Source of the DNA: an uncultured Candidatus Saccharibacteria bacterium
GTDB lineage: Bacteria > Patescibacteriota > Minisyncoccia > Phycocordibacterales > UBA9973
Direction: 5' to 3'
Assembly: GCA_964456475.1 (NCBI GenBank)
Contig: CAYVZI010000002.1
Location: 52,659-104,826 of the forward strand
DNA: 52,168 nucleotides
Shown: positions 1-10,261 of the stretch, piece after piece
Numbering within the stretch: position 1 is the stretch's first letter
Layout of the letters: each line of letters starts with the position of its first letter
Translations under genes and position numbers: made by a program
The notes under the pieces: generated by a model
What the model saw: the letters and a program-made list of their open reading frames with translations, nothing else
What the model was told of the DNA's origin: nothing
Database searches by the model: none

Positions 1-27
1 AGTCTTAAGGCAAAATGATTTTTGGGT

Positions 28-303
28 TCAGGAAGATAAATTTAGTCTTTTCACCCACCTGATATACAAAATTAAGATCGCTATCATCGCAACAGGGGCT
101 GTTATCAAAAATATTGAATCATCCGCGCCAGGTGAAATTCGGTCCTTAATTAAAATGGAAAGGAGTCCAATACCAAGACCCCCAAAGAAAGTAAGCAGTG
201 CTCCGCCAAAAATTTGCGTGAAATACACAAAAATATTAAGTGCTTTGTAGTTCATGATATAAGCTTTTTCAAAGCTTATCACTAAACTACTGTATGTCAA
301 CAA
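28..303 (-). CDS. Small hypothetical membrane protein (2 predicted TM helices)
   Basis: 91-aa ORF with two hydrophobic stretches, start region overlapping the recJ 3' end. Confidence 0.55.
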   Translation of the reverse strand: MLTYSSLVISFEKAYIMNYKALNIFVYFTQIFGGALLTFFGGLGIGLLSILIKDRISPGADDSIFLITAPVAMIAILILYIRWVKRLNLSS

Positions 304-1996
304 TACGCAACCGTATCGTCGTTCGTCCTGCGAAGTAGGACTTTTCGAGCGTAGCGATCAAATTGATTGAATCCCCTATCTGTATCGGCTTAGAAAAACT
401 ATTTTCATCAGCAAAGAATGCAATAGCAATTTTTTCTGGGGCGCTCGCGTCAGCGAGCGCCAACTCTAAATGATTTTTTTCTTTACCGAAGAGTTTGATC
501 CGCTTCACAGTCACATTCTGAAAAAGGAATGTCGGTTTTGGATTACCCAAACCAAACGGTGCAAGTTGGGTAATCATTGCAGACGTTTTTTCGTTGATAT
601 CGGAAAGCGTGAGCGTAGCATCGATTGAACTTGCGGAGATTACACCTTTTTCCATGGTTTCAAAAATAACACAAAGTTTTTCTTCAAGAAAATGTACCGA
701 TTCTTGTGTCACCGAAAATCCACCGGCGAGTTCGTGTCCACCGAAATCAATGAAGTGCTCTTTGGCTGTCTCCATGAGTTGCACGACATTCACCGCTCCA
801 TTCGAACGACACGAGCCCTTTACTACAGTGTCGCCATTCGTTCCCTCCCTTCCCCACACAAACACCGGTCTATCGAATTCGTCCATTACTTTGCCTGCCA
901 CAAGCCCAAGAATGCCCACGCGCCACTTCGGATTGCCAATCACAATGATTGGACCGAGAGTGCGTTCCGCGAGCGCATGCTTCACCTCTTTCATGATTCC
1001 CGCAACGAGTGTTTTGCGTTCATCATTGATCTTGGTGAGATGTTCCGCAAGCGCGCCAGCTTTTGCCGGGTCACGCTCTGAGAGCATTTCAAATGCTCGC
1101 ATTGGAGAATCCATACGGCTCGCCGCATTAATGCGAGGGGTCACCATAAACGTGATATCGTCTTCCACGATTGTCGTCTGATCGATGTTGAGTTTGCGCA
1201 GGAGCTGTTGCAATCCAGGACGCGGAGATTTACGGAAAACCTGCATGCCAAATGAGGCGATCGTGCGATTCTCGCCCACAAGTGGCACCATATCCGAAAG
1301 GGTCGCAAGGCCGGCCATATCAAGAAGCCACTTTTCCCAGCCTTCGTTTATTTTGTAGTACTCGCCATACTTTTTTACAAACGCTTGGACGAGCTTAAAC
1401 ATTACCCCCGAGCCGCAAAGCATGGGTTCTGGGTAAGAACCGAGTTTCGGATTCACAATTGCAAATGCCGAAGGCAGTGTTTCGTGTGGGAGGTGATGAT
1501 CAGTCACAATAACGTCAATACCATTTGCTTGTGCCTCAGCAATGTCTTCATGGTCGGTCGTACCAAGGTCGATAGTAATGAGTAGCTGCACTTCTTGTTC
1601 AATGAATGTCTCAATCGCGTCCTTGTTGAGCCCATACCCTTCTTCGTGACGGTCAGGAATATACACAGAGAAATGTTCATACCCGATCTTCGTCAGCAAA
1701 TCATGCAAGATGACTGCGCCGGGAATTCCGTCACAGTCGTAGTCGGCATAGACTACAATCTTTTGTTTCGCTTCGATAGCTTCAAATATTCGCACAACCG
1801 CCTTTTCCATATCATGCATAAGAAGCGGATCATGCATGTGTTCTTCGTATTTAGGTTTCAAAAATCGTTCAGCATCTTCTTGTGTTCGAATTCCCCGGTT
1901 CAAAAGAAGTCGAGCAAGAAGCGGGTTAAACCCAACAAGCGTATGCTCCCCCTCCATGACTTCAGGAATATGATCAAAATTCTTCTGCATAGGCAC
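287..1996 (-). CDS. recJ: ssDNA-specific exonuclease RecJ (DHH/DHHA1)
   Basis: YADYDCDG motif I, ITIDLG, TDHH, LSDMVPL, PRINAASR, GSCRS, GGHELAGG, LAPFGLGNPKP. Confidence 0.96.
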   Translation of the reverse strand: MPMQKNFDHIPEVMEGEHTLVGFNPLLARLLLNRGIRTQEDAERFLKPKYEEHMHDPLLMHDMEKAVVRIFEAIEAKQKIVVYADYDCDGIPGAVILHDLLTKIGYEHFSVYIPDRHEEGYGLNKDAIETFIEQEVQLLITIDLGTTDHEDIAEAQANGIDVIVTDHHLPHETLPSAFAIVNPKLGSYPEPMLCGSGVMFKLVQAFVKKYGEYYKINEGWEKWLLDMAGLATLSDMVPLVGENRTIASFGMQVFRKSPRPGLQQLLRKLNIDQTTIVEDDITFMVTPRINAASRMDSPMRAFEMLSERDPAKAGALAEHLTKINDERKTLVAGIMKEVKHALAERTLGPIIVIGNPKWRVGILGLVAGKVMDEFDRPVFVWGREGTNGDTVVKGSCRSNGAVNVVQLMETAKEHFIDFGGHELAGGFSVTQESVHFLEEKLCVIFETMEKGVISASSIDATLTLSDINEKTSAMITQLAPFGLGNPKPTFLFQNVTVKRIKLFGKEKNHLELALADASAPEKIAIAFFADENSFSKPIQIGDSINLIATLEKSYFAGRTTIRLRIVDIQ

Positions 1997-2035
1997 TATT
2001 CTAGCACGGCGCTCTTATATGCTAGACTTATTCCT

Positions 2036-2452
2036 ATGAACGACACAAACTGTATTTTTTGCAAAATCGTTGCGGGCGAAATTCCGTGCAACAAGATATA
2101 TGAAGACGAGCAAACATTTGCATTTCTTGATATTCGACCAGTAAATCCTGGGCATGCACTCGTAATTCCAAAAGAACACCACGTGAATATCACTGAAACC
2201 CCTGATGCGATTCTTGGATCAATGATGAGTACCGCTAAAAAAATTGCACAGATATTCCCGACAGCGCTTGGAACAGAGCATTACAACCTCGAAGTGAATA
2301 CTGGTTCGATTGCTGGTCAAGTCGTATTTCACGCGCACCTCCATCTTATTCCCCGCCACGAAGGTGACGGACTTGAGCTCTGGCATGGAAAACCGTACGA
2401 GGAAGGTCAGTCACAATTACTTGCAGAAAAAATGAAAAATACGCTCAAATAG
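2036..2452 (+). CDS. HIT family nucleotide hydrolase
   Basis: CIFCKIVAGEIP N-terminus, PGHALVIPKEH, HAHLHLIP histidine triad; true start ATG 2036 inside the longer ORF call. Confidence 0.95.
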   Translation: MNDTNCIFCKIVAGEIPCNKIYEDEQTFAFLDIRPVNPGHALVIPKEHHVNITETPDAILGSMMSTAKKIAQIFPTALGTEHYNLEVNTGSIAGQVVFHAHLHLIPRHEGDGLELWHGKPYEEGQSQLLAEKMKNTLK

Positions 2453-2468
2453 AGCGTATTTTTTGTTT
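2435..2468 (+). terminator. Intrinsic terminator after HIT
   Basis: aaaaatacgctc-aaata-gagcgtattttt hairpin followed by T-tract. Confidence 0.75.
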
Positions 2469-2497
2469 TTGACATAGTAGATAAATAGTGTTAGAGT
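2469..2497 (+). promoter_or_regulatory. Sigma70-type promoter
   Basis: TTGACA-N17-TAGAGT upstream of ORF 2535. Confidence 0.55.
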
Positions 2498-2534
2498 TTG
2501 CCCGAAGAAATTCCTCTTCATTAAAAACATCTAT

Positions 2535-3773
2535 ATGAAATCAATAGCAGTATGGGTGCTTCGGCATCTCATTATTCCTGTTGGCTTCATATGGTCAACA
2601 GGATTTTTCTCATTACTTAGTTCAGTCGACTTTTCTGACAAAGCGCCAAGAGACGCCTATCACACGTTTACCAACGAAGAATTAGCGACTTTGGAAATCA
2701 ACCCCGCAAACGCTATTGCGTACTGCGATACATTAGTCGCCCTTCGTACTCGCCAAGTTGAACAGACGGGTTATTATAGCCCGATGGATTATTTCCGTGA
2801 TCTAAAGCAGTTACGTATGTTTGAAACTGTATACAAGGACTCACTCGATCGTTCAACAATGGGAAGATTCATCTATATGAACTGTGTTTCCTTAATGGGA
2901 GCAACCAACAGACTCTGTAATCTTCGCGACAGCAAACAAAGTGTGGCATGGAATCAAGCTGATTTGGAAAATGCACGACATCATTGGTTTCCACTTGAAG
3001 CAAAGCAAGATGCTGAAGCAAAGAAACACCCAATGCAATGGTGGAGAGATTTTTTTTCTCCCCTCTTTGGCTGGCTACTTCGTATTTATTTGCGAGGATT
3101 GCCATTTGCGCTTCTCATGTTGCTCATTTGGAGAAAAAGAGTTCGTAAGGATTGCGAGGAGATAGATTGGCAATATGAAAAAGTCTCAAAACCAAAATTG
3201 ATTTCGGGGTTTGCACCAATCTCATTACTTGTGTCGTTACTTTTGTGGCCAGTGATTCTCTATCTGGACATTCGTAGTCGCATAAAAGAGACGCTCTATC
3301 GTGCTGAACTTGCATCAAGGAGAAGCGAGGTACTCTATCTGTTTTCTGAAACGGATCAGATCATTTTGGAGACAGGAAGAAAAATGTCACTTCGTGAATT
3401 TCGCGCTTATTTGGAAAGCATCGGCAGAGTGCGAAAACATTCATTTGTTATTGCGCTTGCTGTTACAGTACTGCTCAGTGTCAGTCCACAAATCATAGCT
3501 CCGGTTATAGCGATTCAAACCTATACTGAATCAACTGTTTTTACACGAAGAGCTCAAACAGATCATGATGTTGGAAAAGTTCCACTGTACAAAGTGGAAT
3601 ATCATTCATACGAGGCAGTCATGCCTCAAAAGAATGGAGCAGAACCGGAAATTACACAAAGTATTCTTTATTTTTACTTCATTGAAATCGGTCGAATCCT
3701 CAAAGGATTTACCACCATCAATGATGGAGTTCCAAAAGTTGCAAATCAATTTCGACTGAAACTGATTTCGTAA
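2535..3773 (+). CDS. Hypothetical multi-pass membrane protein
   Basis: 412-aa ORF with an N-terminal hydrophobic segment and about 3 internal TM-like stretches; family not recognised. Confidence 0.7.
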   Translation: MKSIAVWVLRHLIIPVGFIWSTGFFSLLSSVDFSDKAPRDAYHTFTNEELATLEINPANAIAYCDTLVALRTRQVEQTGYYSPMDYFRDLKQLRMFETVYKDSLDRSTMGRFIYMNCVSLMGATNRLCNLRDSKQSVAWNQADLENARHHWFPLEAKQDAEAKKHPMQWWRDFFSPLFGWLLRIYLRGLPFALLMLLIWRKRVRKDCEEIDWQYEKVSKPKLISGFAPISLLVSLLLWPVILYLDIRSRIKETLYRAELASRRSEVLYLFSETDQIILETGRKMSLREFRAYLESIGRVRKHSFVIALAVTVLLSVSPQIIAPVIAIQTYTESTVFTRRAQTDHDVGKVPLYKVEYHSYEAVMPQKNGAEPEITQSILYFYFIEIGRILKGFTTINDGVPKVANQFRLKLIS

Positions 3774-3788
3774 TTTAAAAAACTCAAA

Positions 3789-4640
3789 ATGAAAATAATA
3801 CTTTTAGCATTACTTTGTGTTTTGCCAACACAACTCTTTGCACAGATAGAGTTAAAAGATTCTGTGCATCATACCGAAATGACTGTGTATGCCGGCACTC
3901 TTGCCGGACCAAGGGTTCTCCTTGAAAATGCCAAAATTTCTGGCATATACACACTCCGTGTCGGTGGGACTATTACCTACGCACCAGCAAAATGGATATC
4001 CATTTTCGCTTTGGGAGCCGGTGAAGTGGCTCAAATCGACACGAGTACGATCATTACTCCATTCACGCTTTTCGCAGTAAAAGTCCGGCCTATCAAGGCG
4101 CTTACGATTACTGTGGGAAAGATAGCTTCTCCTATGACCGAACTACGTCCAATCCCAACTACAGGGGCTGGCCAATTCGAACCTTGGACAAAAGCCCGCA
4201 TTCCGGGCTCTGCACTTGGTGGAAAGGCTTCGTTTTCTTTAAACAAAGACTTCTCCCTTACCGGAGGAATATTTGCACGAGGATTTGAATCTTCTTCTGA
4301 GCTATCTGTGGGAAATTCGCACATCAGAGTTGCTGGATACTACATGAACCAAACAAAAATGTATGGTGGAGCACTGCAAGTGACTTATCCGTATGTTTCA
4401 AACACGATCATGTATAACCACAATCAAAATTGTGGAATGCTCACTGTGATAACCATACCGAAAACTGAAGGTATCGCCGTCTATTCTGATGTTGGATTCA
4501 ACCCCAACAATTGGACTATGATTCGCGGTGAATGGGGATTGTTTAAAGCATTCTCTATCAACAAAATCTTCGGCCTCATCGGTGCTGGATATAACAATGA
4601 GCTACAAAGCATCAACGGATACATATTCATACATATCTAA
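3789..4640 (+). CDS. Hypothetical secreted, beta-strand-rich protein
   Basis: Signal peptide MKIILLALLCVLPTQLFAQ; alternating hydrophobic strands; ends GYIFIHI. Confidence 0.7.
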   Translation: MKIILLALLCVLPTQLFAQIELKDSVHHTEMTVYAGTLAGPRVLLENAKISGIYTLRVGGTITYAPAKWISIFALGAGEVAQIDTSTIITPFTLFAVKVRPIKALTITVGKIASPMTELRPIPTTGAGQFEPWTKARIPGSALGGKASFSLNKDFSLTGGIFARGFESSSELSVGNSHIRVAGYYMNQTKMYGGALQVTYPYVSNTIMYNHNQNCGMLTVITIPKTEGIAVYSDVGFNPNNWTMIRGEWGLFKAFSINKIFGLIGAGYNNELQSINGYIFIHI

Positions 4641-4646
4641 TAAACC

Positions 4647-4670
4647 AAAGCCCCGGATGTCCGGGGCTTT
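4647..4670. terminator. Bidirectional intrinsic terminator
   Basis: aaagccccgga-tg-tccggggcttt between convergent ORF 3789 and pgk. Confidence 0.8.
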
Positions 4671-4685
4671 CTTAATTCCAGTTTT

Positions 4686-4810
4686 TAAAATTTTCAGAAA
4701 CAGATGCAGTTCGAGGCGCAAGCGAGACTTGTGACCAAAATGTACTCCTGGTACATTGCGGGAACAAACGAGAGAAGCAACAATGAAATGCGCTGTTTAT
4801 GGAAATTTTA
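4686..4810 (+). repeat. 125-bp structured dispersed repeat, copy 1 (overlaps pgk stop codon)
   Basis: Gap-free alignment to 47376-47500 (24 mismatches in 125) and 29556-29680; terminal arms taaaattttca/tggaaatttta. Confidence 0.9.
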
Positions 4811-5923
4811 CTTTAGTGCTTTAATTCCGGGAAGAGTCCCTTTTGCCATAAATTCTAGTGCGGCGCCGCCGGCAGTAGAGACGAAGGTAAATTTGTCGGC
4901 CATTTTCTTTTTTTCAACAAGCACTGCCGTATCTCCCCCGCCAATAATTGTCTCTCCTTTTGCCGAAGCGAGGAGTTTGATCACCTCTTCTGTTCCTTTT
5001 GTATATCCGCCTTCGTACCAGCCCATCGGTCCATTCCAAACGATGAGCTTAGCTTTCTTGATGAGGCCAGCAAGCGCATCAATACTTGGAAGTCCGATAT
5101 CAAAGATGGATTCAGTATGACGAATATCGTGTATAGAAACTGTCTGCTTTTTTCCGTCTCTTTCAACCACAACGCTCTCTGGAACTATCAGCTTTTTGTT
5201 TTTCAAAAGAGTTTTGAGAAGTGGTGCTTCTGAATCTACTTTTGATTTTCCAACGTCAATTCCTTCTGCACGTAGAAAATCATCCGCCAAACCTCCGCCA
5301 ATAAATACATGGTCCGCTTCCTTGAGATATTTTTTTAAAAGTGGAATCTTGGTTTCTGCTTTTACTCCGCCTTGGATAAAAAGAAATGGGTGCTTCGGTT
5401 TGAGAAGCTTTGAAAGTTCTTTCACTTCGCGCTCAAACTGGAATCCAGCATATGAAGGAAGGAGCTTCGGCAAAAGCACGGTTGAAGCATCCTCTCGGTG
5501 AGAGACAGGAAATGCCTCATTCACATAGATATCACCGAGCTTGGCGAGTGCAAGAGCAAAAAGCTTGTCTCCATCCTTCTCACCAGCCACACTACGCAAA
5601 TTCTCAAGCATAAGAACATCACCGTTTTTCATATTTCCGACAGCCTTTTGAGCTTCAATACCGGTAATGTCAGTAACGTAACAGAGTGGAAAATACTTTT
5701 TTAGTAACAAAAAAACGGGTTTCAATGTTTCTTCAGGTTCACGACCGATATGACTCACAAGAATTACTTTTGCTCCTTTTTTACGAAGGAAATCAATCGT
5801 TTTCTGAGCAACAGTAATACGTGTAGTATCGAGAACTTTTGTTCCATTCAGTGGAACATTGAAGTCTGTACGTACAATCACTCGTTTTCCTTTGATATTT
5901 TTTAGTTCTTTAACAGATTTCAT
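4808..5923 (-). CDS. pgk: Phosphoglycerate kinase
   Basis: RVIVRTDFNVP, SHIGR, LENLR, YVNEAF..SHR, GGVKAETK, WNGPMG, GGGDT, STAGGAALEF. Confidence 0.97.
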   Translation of the reverse strand: MKSVKELKNIKGKRVIVRTDFNVPLNGTKVLDTTRITVAQKTIDFLRKKGAKVILVSHIGREPEETLKPVFLLLKKYFPLCYVTDITGIEAQKAVGNMKNGDVLMLENLRSVAGEKDGDKLFALALAKLGDIYVNEAFPVSHREDASTVLLPKLLPSYAGFQFEREVKELSKLLKPKHPFLFIQGGVKAETKIPLLKKYLKEADHVFIGGGLADDFLRAEGIDVGKSKVDSEAPLLKTLLKNKKLIVPESVVVERDGKKQTVSIHDIRHTESIFDIGLPSIDALAGLIKKAKLIVWNGPMGWYEGGYTKGTEEVIKLLASAKGETIIGGGDTAVLVEKKKMADKFTFVSTAGGAALEFMAKGTLPGIKALK

Positions 5924-5926
5924 ATA

Positions 5927-6694
5927 CTAGAGCTCATTAGCAGCTTTTAAAATAGAAAGAAACGATTTTGGATTAAGGCTCGCGCGTCCAGGAAGAAGTC
6001 CGTCAACATGACCAGCCGAGAGAAATCCAGATGCACTCTTCTCGTCCACCGATCCTCCATAGAGGATGGTCACTGCTTCAGCATTCGCACCGCCGTACGC
6101 ATCAGTGAGTACTTTTCGAATGTACATATGCATCTCTTGGCAGTCCTCTGGTGTTGCATCACGACGATTCGTCGTCGTAGAAATAGCCCATACTGGCTCA
6201 TATGCAATAACGATTCTTGAAATCATATTCTTCGAAATTCCAATGAGGCATTCTTCAAGCTGAGTTTTTACCGTGCCGAGGTATATCATTCCATGATCAC
6301 GATCACGTTCACCGATACACAAAATCGGTGTAATCCCGACAGCAAGCAATTGCTTGATTTTTTTGTTTATAAATTCATTTGATTCACCAAGTTCACGTCG
6401 TTCTGAATGTCCCACAATACAATACGTTGCTTTCAAACCAGAGAGCATTGATGCTGAGACTTCTCCAGTATATGCACCCTCCTTTTCGGCCGACACATTT
6501 TGGGAAGCAAGTCCGAGTCCCGTAGATTTCAATTTTGAGAGCTCAGACAAGTACACAAAAGGAGCTGCTACTACAGCTTCTACATTCTTGAACGAACCAA
6601 CGCCTTTTTTAATAGCAGTAAACTGTGCACGAGCAAGGGCGACTGTTTTTGGGTTCATCTTCCAGTTACCCACAATGAGTTTTTTCTTTCGCAT
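5927..6694 (-). CDS. tpiA: Triosephosphate isomerase
   Basis: IVGNWKMN, GAYTGEVS, GHSERR, AYEPVWAI, LYGGSV; likely start MRKKK at 6694. Confidence 0.97.
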   Translation of the reverse strand: MRKKKLIVGNWKMNPKTVALARAQFTAIKKGVGSFKNVEAVVAAPFVYLSELSKLKSTGLGLASQNVSAEKEGAYTGEVSASMLSGLKATYCIVGHSERRELGESNEFINKKIKQLLAVGITPILCIGERDRDHGMIYLGTVKTQLEECLIGISKNMISRIVIAYEPVWAISTTTNRRDATPEDCQEMHMYIRKVLTDAYGGANAEAVTILYGGSVDEKSASGFLSAGHVDGLLPGRASLNPKSFLSILKAANEL

Positions 6695-6718
6695 ACTGTC
6701 CAGTATATCATACTGAAA

Positions 6719-6800
6719 AACTCTAAATACCAAATTCTAAGTCCTAAAAATGCCGACCCGAATCCTTTTTAGAGTTTAGTATTTAGGTTCTAGAGTTTGA
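6719..6800. repeat. Inverted 7-mer array without ORF (empty element)
   Basis: ctctaaa/attctaa/gtcctaa units facing ttagagt/ttagtat/ttaggtt units across a short spacer. Confidence 0.75.
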
Positions 6801-6802
6801 TT

Positions 6803-8611
6803 TTATTGTGTTTCCTTCCACGAATCCACAGTATACGAACCTGAAGGGCCAAGTACAAAGTTCACGTTCGCAAGACCGGTATCATAGGTCAAAGTTGCGC
6901 TATTAGACATGCTAATCCTGTAAGCTACAGCCTCCTTGGCACCAGCTGTGTTAGAAAAAGTGATTGTTCCATTTGGTGCTACAAGAATAACCGTACCTGC
7001 ACTGTTTGCAACATTAATAGCCGAAGATGACGATGAGGTGGTGAGCATCATCATATAACTACCCGTAGTACCTGACCCAGCGAATGCAGCCGAGTTTGAT
7101 GTTGAAACAGTACCATCAGAGATAATCATTCCACTTCCCGTTCCATATCCGGACGCGAGCTTCACGATAGCATTATTTGAGAGAACAATATTCCCCGTCA
7201 CCCAAAGCGTTCCCGACAACGTAAGCACGCCATTGTTACTGACATACAAATCACCAACAATCTTTTTTGGGCCAAGCGTAGCCGCAGAAGTACCAGAGAG
7301 CGAATAGCTACCAGTGAGAGTTCCACCAGCAAGTGCATCCGCCTTCCAGTCAGTTATTTGTGATGTTGAAATCGGAAAATTGAGCGGTGTTGGATCAGCA
7401 AGTGATGTATTACAACTCTTATTGTTTCCGCTTCCTGTTTGACAATAGAGGCTTCCTGCAATCGTTGACCCAGTGACTGTATGAGCCCAGGCATTACCTA
7501 CACTACCGGTTCCAATTGTCATTCCGCTAATAGTAGAGTTTACCCCACCGAGCGAGAGTTTGAAAAATCCATCGAGTCCAGATGGGCTCGTATTGTTCCA
7601 AGTGGTCGTTCCATATGTTCCCGTCTTTCCAAGACCGCTGGCATACCCAGCACTGTTTGCGCCCCAAATATAATAGTTTGAGGCATTTGCACTTCCATCG
7701 AGCACGACCCAGTATGTCGTACCGGCAGTAAGCGTCACGTTCGGAGAAAGTGCAACCGTTGCCCAACCATATGATGTAGTCACGGTCGATGCAGAAATTG
7801 TCCCCGTAGTAAGAGAACTTGATGAGGGCTTTCCAGAGGAATCACTGGTGATTCGCACAGTGAGATTACTCGGACTGCCCACTTTTTTTATATACACTTC
7901 CACCTGTGTGGCAGTATCAGAAATACTTGTTTGAAAACTCTGAGCTGCATCTTGTGTAGCAGAAGCATTCGCAAACGTAATCGAATGAGAGGGTGTACCC
8001 GTATCGTTGACTTGGTCAACGACTTGAGTGCTACGATCAGCGGCAAAAGCCGCTCCGGTGATTGAAGCACTCCCCGTTCCTGAAATATCACCATTCGCAT
8101 ATACATTACCGATAATCTGAGAAGAATTTGCCATAGAGAGTCCTCCATTCCCTACCTGCATACCATAGTTAAAAGAAACACCGGCTCCAGTGGTAACGAC
8201 GACATCGACAGCTCGATTGAAATCAGAGACATCACCAATACTGGTAATTTGTTTTTGTCCTCCGCTGAGATTGGTGATTGTCGTGACCGTCGAAGAACTT
8301 CCGAGCACAAGAGTAACACTCGAAGGTAGCGTCAAATTATTTTTCAAACGGTAGAATGCATCTTCGGCTCCAGACTCAGACAAAAAATAACTCTGTCGTG
8401 AAGTAAGAGCATCATTCGCAATTTTATACTCGCGAGCTGCCGGACCAGTGAGACCAAGAACAACAAGTACTGATGCCAAAATAAAGAAAATAAGCGAAAT
8501 CATCATCGCCGCTCCGCGCTCGTGGTTTGGTATTAGGTGTTTGGTGTTTGGTGATAGCTTATCCAAAACCATTTTTATTTTTTCTATGAAATTATTTTTT
8601 GAGTTTTGCAT
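6803..8611 (-). CDS. PilX/GspK-like minor pilin with large Ser/Thr/Gly-rich passenger (candidate adhesin)
   Basis: ERG|AAMMISLIF pilin-like helix lacking E5, FLSESGAEDA motif, last gene of the minor-pilin cluster, beta-rich C-terminus. Confidence 0.75.
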   Translation of the reverse strand: MQNSKNNFIEKIKMVLDKLSPNTKHLIPNHERGAAMMISLIFFILASVLVVLGLTGPAAREYKIANDALTSRQSYFLSESGAEDAFYRLKNNLTLPSSVTLVLGSSSTVTTITNLSGGQKQITSIGDVSDFNRAVDVVVTTGAGVSFNYGMQVGNGGLSMANSSQIIGNVYANGDISGTGSASITGAAFAADRSTQVVDQVNDTGTPSHSITFANASATQDAAQSFQTSISDTATQVEVYIKKVGSPSNLTVRITSDSSGKPSSSSLTTGTISASTVTTSYGWATVALSPNVTLTAGTTYWVVLDGSANASNYYIWGANSAGYASGLGKTGTYGTTTWNNTSPSGLDGFFKLSLGGVNSTISGMTIGTGSVGNAWAHTVTGSTIAGSLYCQTGSGNNKSCNTSLADPTPLNFPISTSQITDWKADALAGGTLTGSYSLSGTSAATLGPKKIVGDLYVSNNGVLTLSGTLWVTGNIVLSNNAIVKLASGYGTGSGMIISDGTVSTSNSAAFAGSGTTGSYMMMLTTSSSSSAINVANSAGTVILVAPNGTITFSNTAGAKEAVAYRISMSNSATLTYDTGLANVNFVLGPSGSYTVDSWKETQ

Positions 8612-8656
8612 ATATATGTATTTCTAAGACCAAAAACCTTACACCAAAAACCAGGG

Positions 8657-9181
8657 TTAATACCCCCCTCGAAGCACAATAGTATTATAAAGCGTAATAC
8701 TCTTCCCTGTTCCCGAACGAGTAGATTGTACTGTCATTTCAACTCGCACAGCAGTGTCGTTTGTAGTTACCACGTTCCGGAAAATGAGCGACGTGACGGA
8801 AACCTTACTTCCGGTCAAATCTCGCACAGTGCCGTCCGTACTGTCGGTTATCTGCAGCACTCCGCTTGAAAGGCCAAAACGTACTGTCTTTGCAGCACCG
8901 CTACTATCGAGAGAGTTAAGAAGCAATACTCCAGGACTAGTTGCAAAAGTACTTGATCCGGTATTTACACTCACTGCCCCGCGGATTTCACGAGTCATGC
9001 GCTCCATTGCTACTTGTCCGGAATCGAGAAGGTCGTTGTTGATTCGCGTTCCATTGTAGCCCTTCATCATTCCCAAAAGCGATCCTATAAGCATGGCAGA
9101 AATTGTAATAAACAAAGCGCAATACAAGAGTACTTCGATTATCGTAAAACCAGATGATTGTGGAAGAGAAGACTTAATCAT
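8657..9181 (-). CDS. Type IV minor pilin (PilW/GspJ-like)
   Basis: SG|FTIIEVLLY prepilin motif; MERMTREIRGA. Confidence 0.88.
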   Translation of the reverse strand: MIKSSLPQSSGFTIIEVLLYCALFITISAMLIGSLLGMMKGYNGTRINNDLLDSGQVAMERMTREIRGAVSVNTGSSTFATSPGVLLLNSLDSSGAAKTVRFGLSSGVLQITDSTDGTVRDLTGSKVSVTSLIFRNVVTTNDTAVRVEMTVQSTRSGTGKSITLYNTIVLRGGY

Positions 9182-9189
9182 TGTAATAA

Positions 9190-9732
9190 CTAAAAGATAT
9201 TTAAAATATAAAATTGCAGTGATTTTGAAACAGTAGCGCCGGTGTTTTCAACCCACGAAACAGTCACCGTCACCAATTTTGTACCCGAGTCAGTTGTTCC
9301 AGAGCTCGCGATATTACTCGAACCATCACGTGTTACCGCCGAAAGGACGACTGATCGAGTATATTTACCCACAACGCCATCAGATGAGGTAGTCGTTAGA
9401 CTCCATGTATTTGCACCTGTATTGTATTTTGGATAATACGTCGTACCGACAGTTAGACCAGAAATGTTTGTCCAAGCACCATCTCTTTGGATTCGAACAA
9501 CCTCAGCCCCTTCTTCTAGAAGAGCTGCTGCCTCATATGTGTTGACCGAACGATGTGAGATAGACAAGGCCTGGCCTGCAACCACAATAACGGAAAGTAA
9601 CGAGACTGTCAGAATCGAACTCGCAACCAAAATCTCCACAAGACTGAATCCTCGCTCGCGTGAAGTATGTATGAATTGAAAGCCTTTCAACCCGGATTTG
9701 TTTTTTTGAATTGTATTTGTATTTTTTTGCAT
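9190..9732 (-). CDS. Type IV minor pilin (PilV/GspI-like)
   Basis: RG|FSLVEILVA prepilin motif; C-terminal KLVTVTVSW. Confidence 0.88.
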   Translation of the reverse strand: MQKNTNTIQKNKSGLKGFQFIHTSRERGFSLVEILVASSILTVSLLSVIVVAGQALSISHRSVNTYEAAALLEEGAEVVRIQRDGAWTNISGLTVGTTYYPKYNTGANTWSLTTTSSDGVVGKYTRSVVLSAVTRDGSSNIASSGTTDSGTKLVTVTVSWVENTGATVSKSLQFYILNIF

Positions 9733-9757
9733 CCGCTTTACAAACTTTACAAACTTC

Positions 9758-10243
9758 TTAGTTACCGCTTGCGATCCCAGTCTTCGATAGCGTGATAGTC
9801 TTTTGGCCGACGGTCGTAGTACTGTCTTTTATTACAATCGTGCCGTATTGATTTGTATCACCAGTCATCTGTGCAAATACAACATCAGTTCCACCTCCTG
9901 CAATCGATACAACTGTGGCGATTCCACTCGGCAATGCAACTATCTTGTTTGTACTTGCGCTCGAATACGTACTGCCCGTAAACAATTCCAAACTACTACT
10001 TCCCACTCGAACCCCGTATTGATTTCCACCATCTGCAGAAAGTGTTCGAGATCGTGCTTCGTTCAATAGAGCTATAGATACGTCGACGGAATTATCGATT
10101 TTCTGTTTTTTTGCAAATGAACTTACTTGCATCGCAACAATTGTAGAAATGACCACAATAATCGTAACCCCAATCAGAGTTTCAATGAGAGTAAATCCGT
10201 TTATTCGTTTTGTATTCGTGTACATATGCTTTTTATTATACAC
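9758..10243 (-). CDS. Type IV minor pilin (FimT/GspH-like)
   Basis: NG|FTLIETLIG prepilin motif; LLNEARSRTL. Confidence 0.88.
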   Translation of the reverse strand: MYNKKHMYTNTKRINGFTLIETLIGVTIIVVISTIVAMQVSSFAKKQKIDNSVDVSIALLNEARSRTLSADGGNQYGVRVGSSSLELFTGSTYSSASTNKIVALPSGIATVVSIAGGGTDVVFAQMTGDTNQYGTIVIKDSTTTVGQKTITLSKTGIASGN

Positions 10244-10261
10244 AATACGGAAATGTAATTG

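Noticed and set aside
1595-2035. N-terminal extension of the HIT ORF
   Set aside because: Antisense shadow of recJ; HIT homology begins at ATG 2036.
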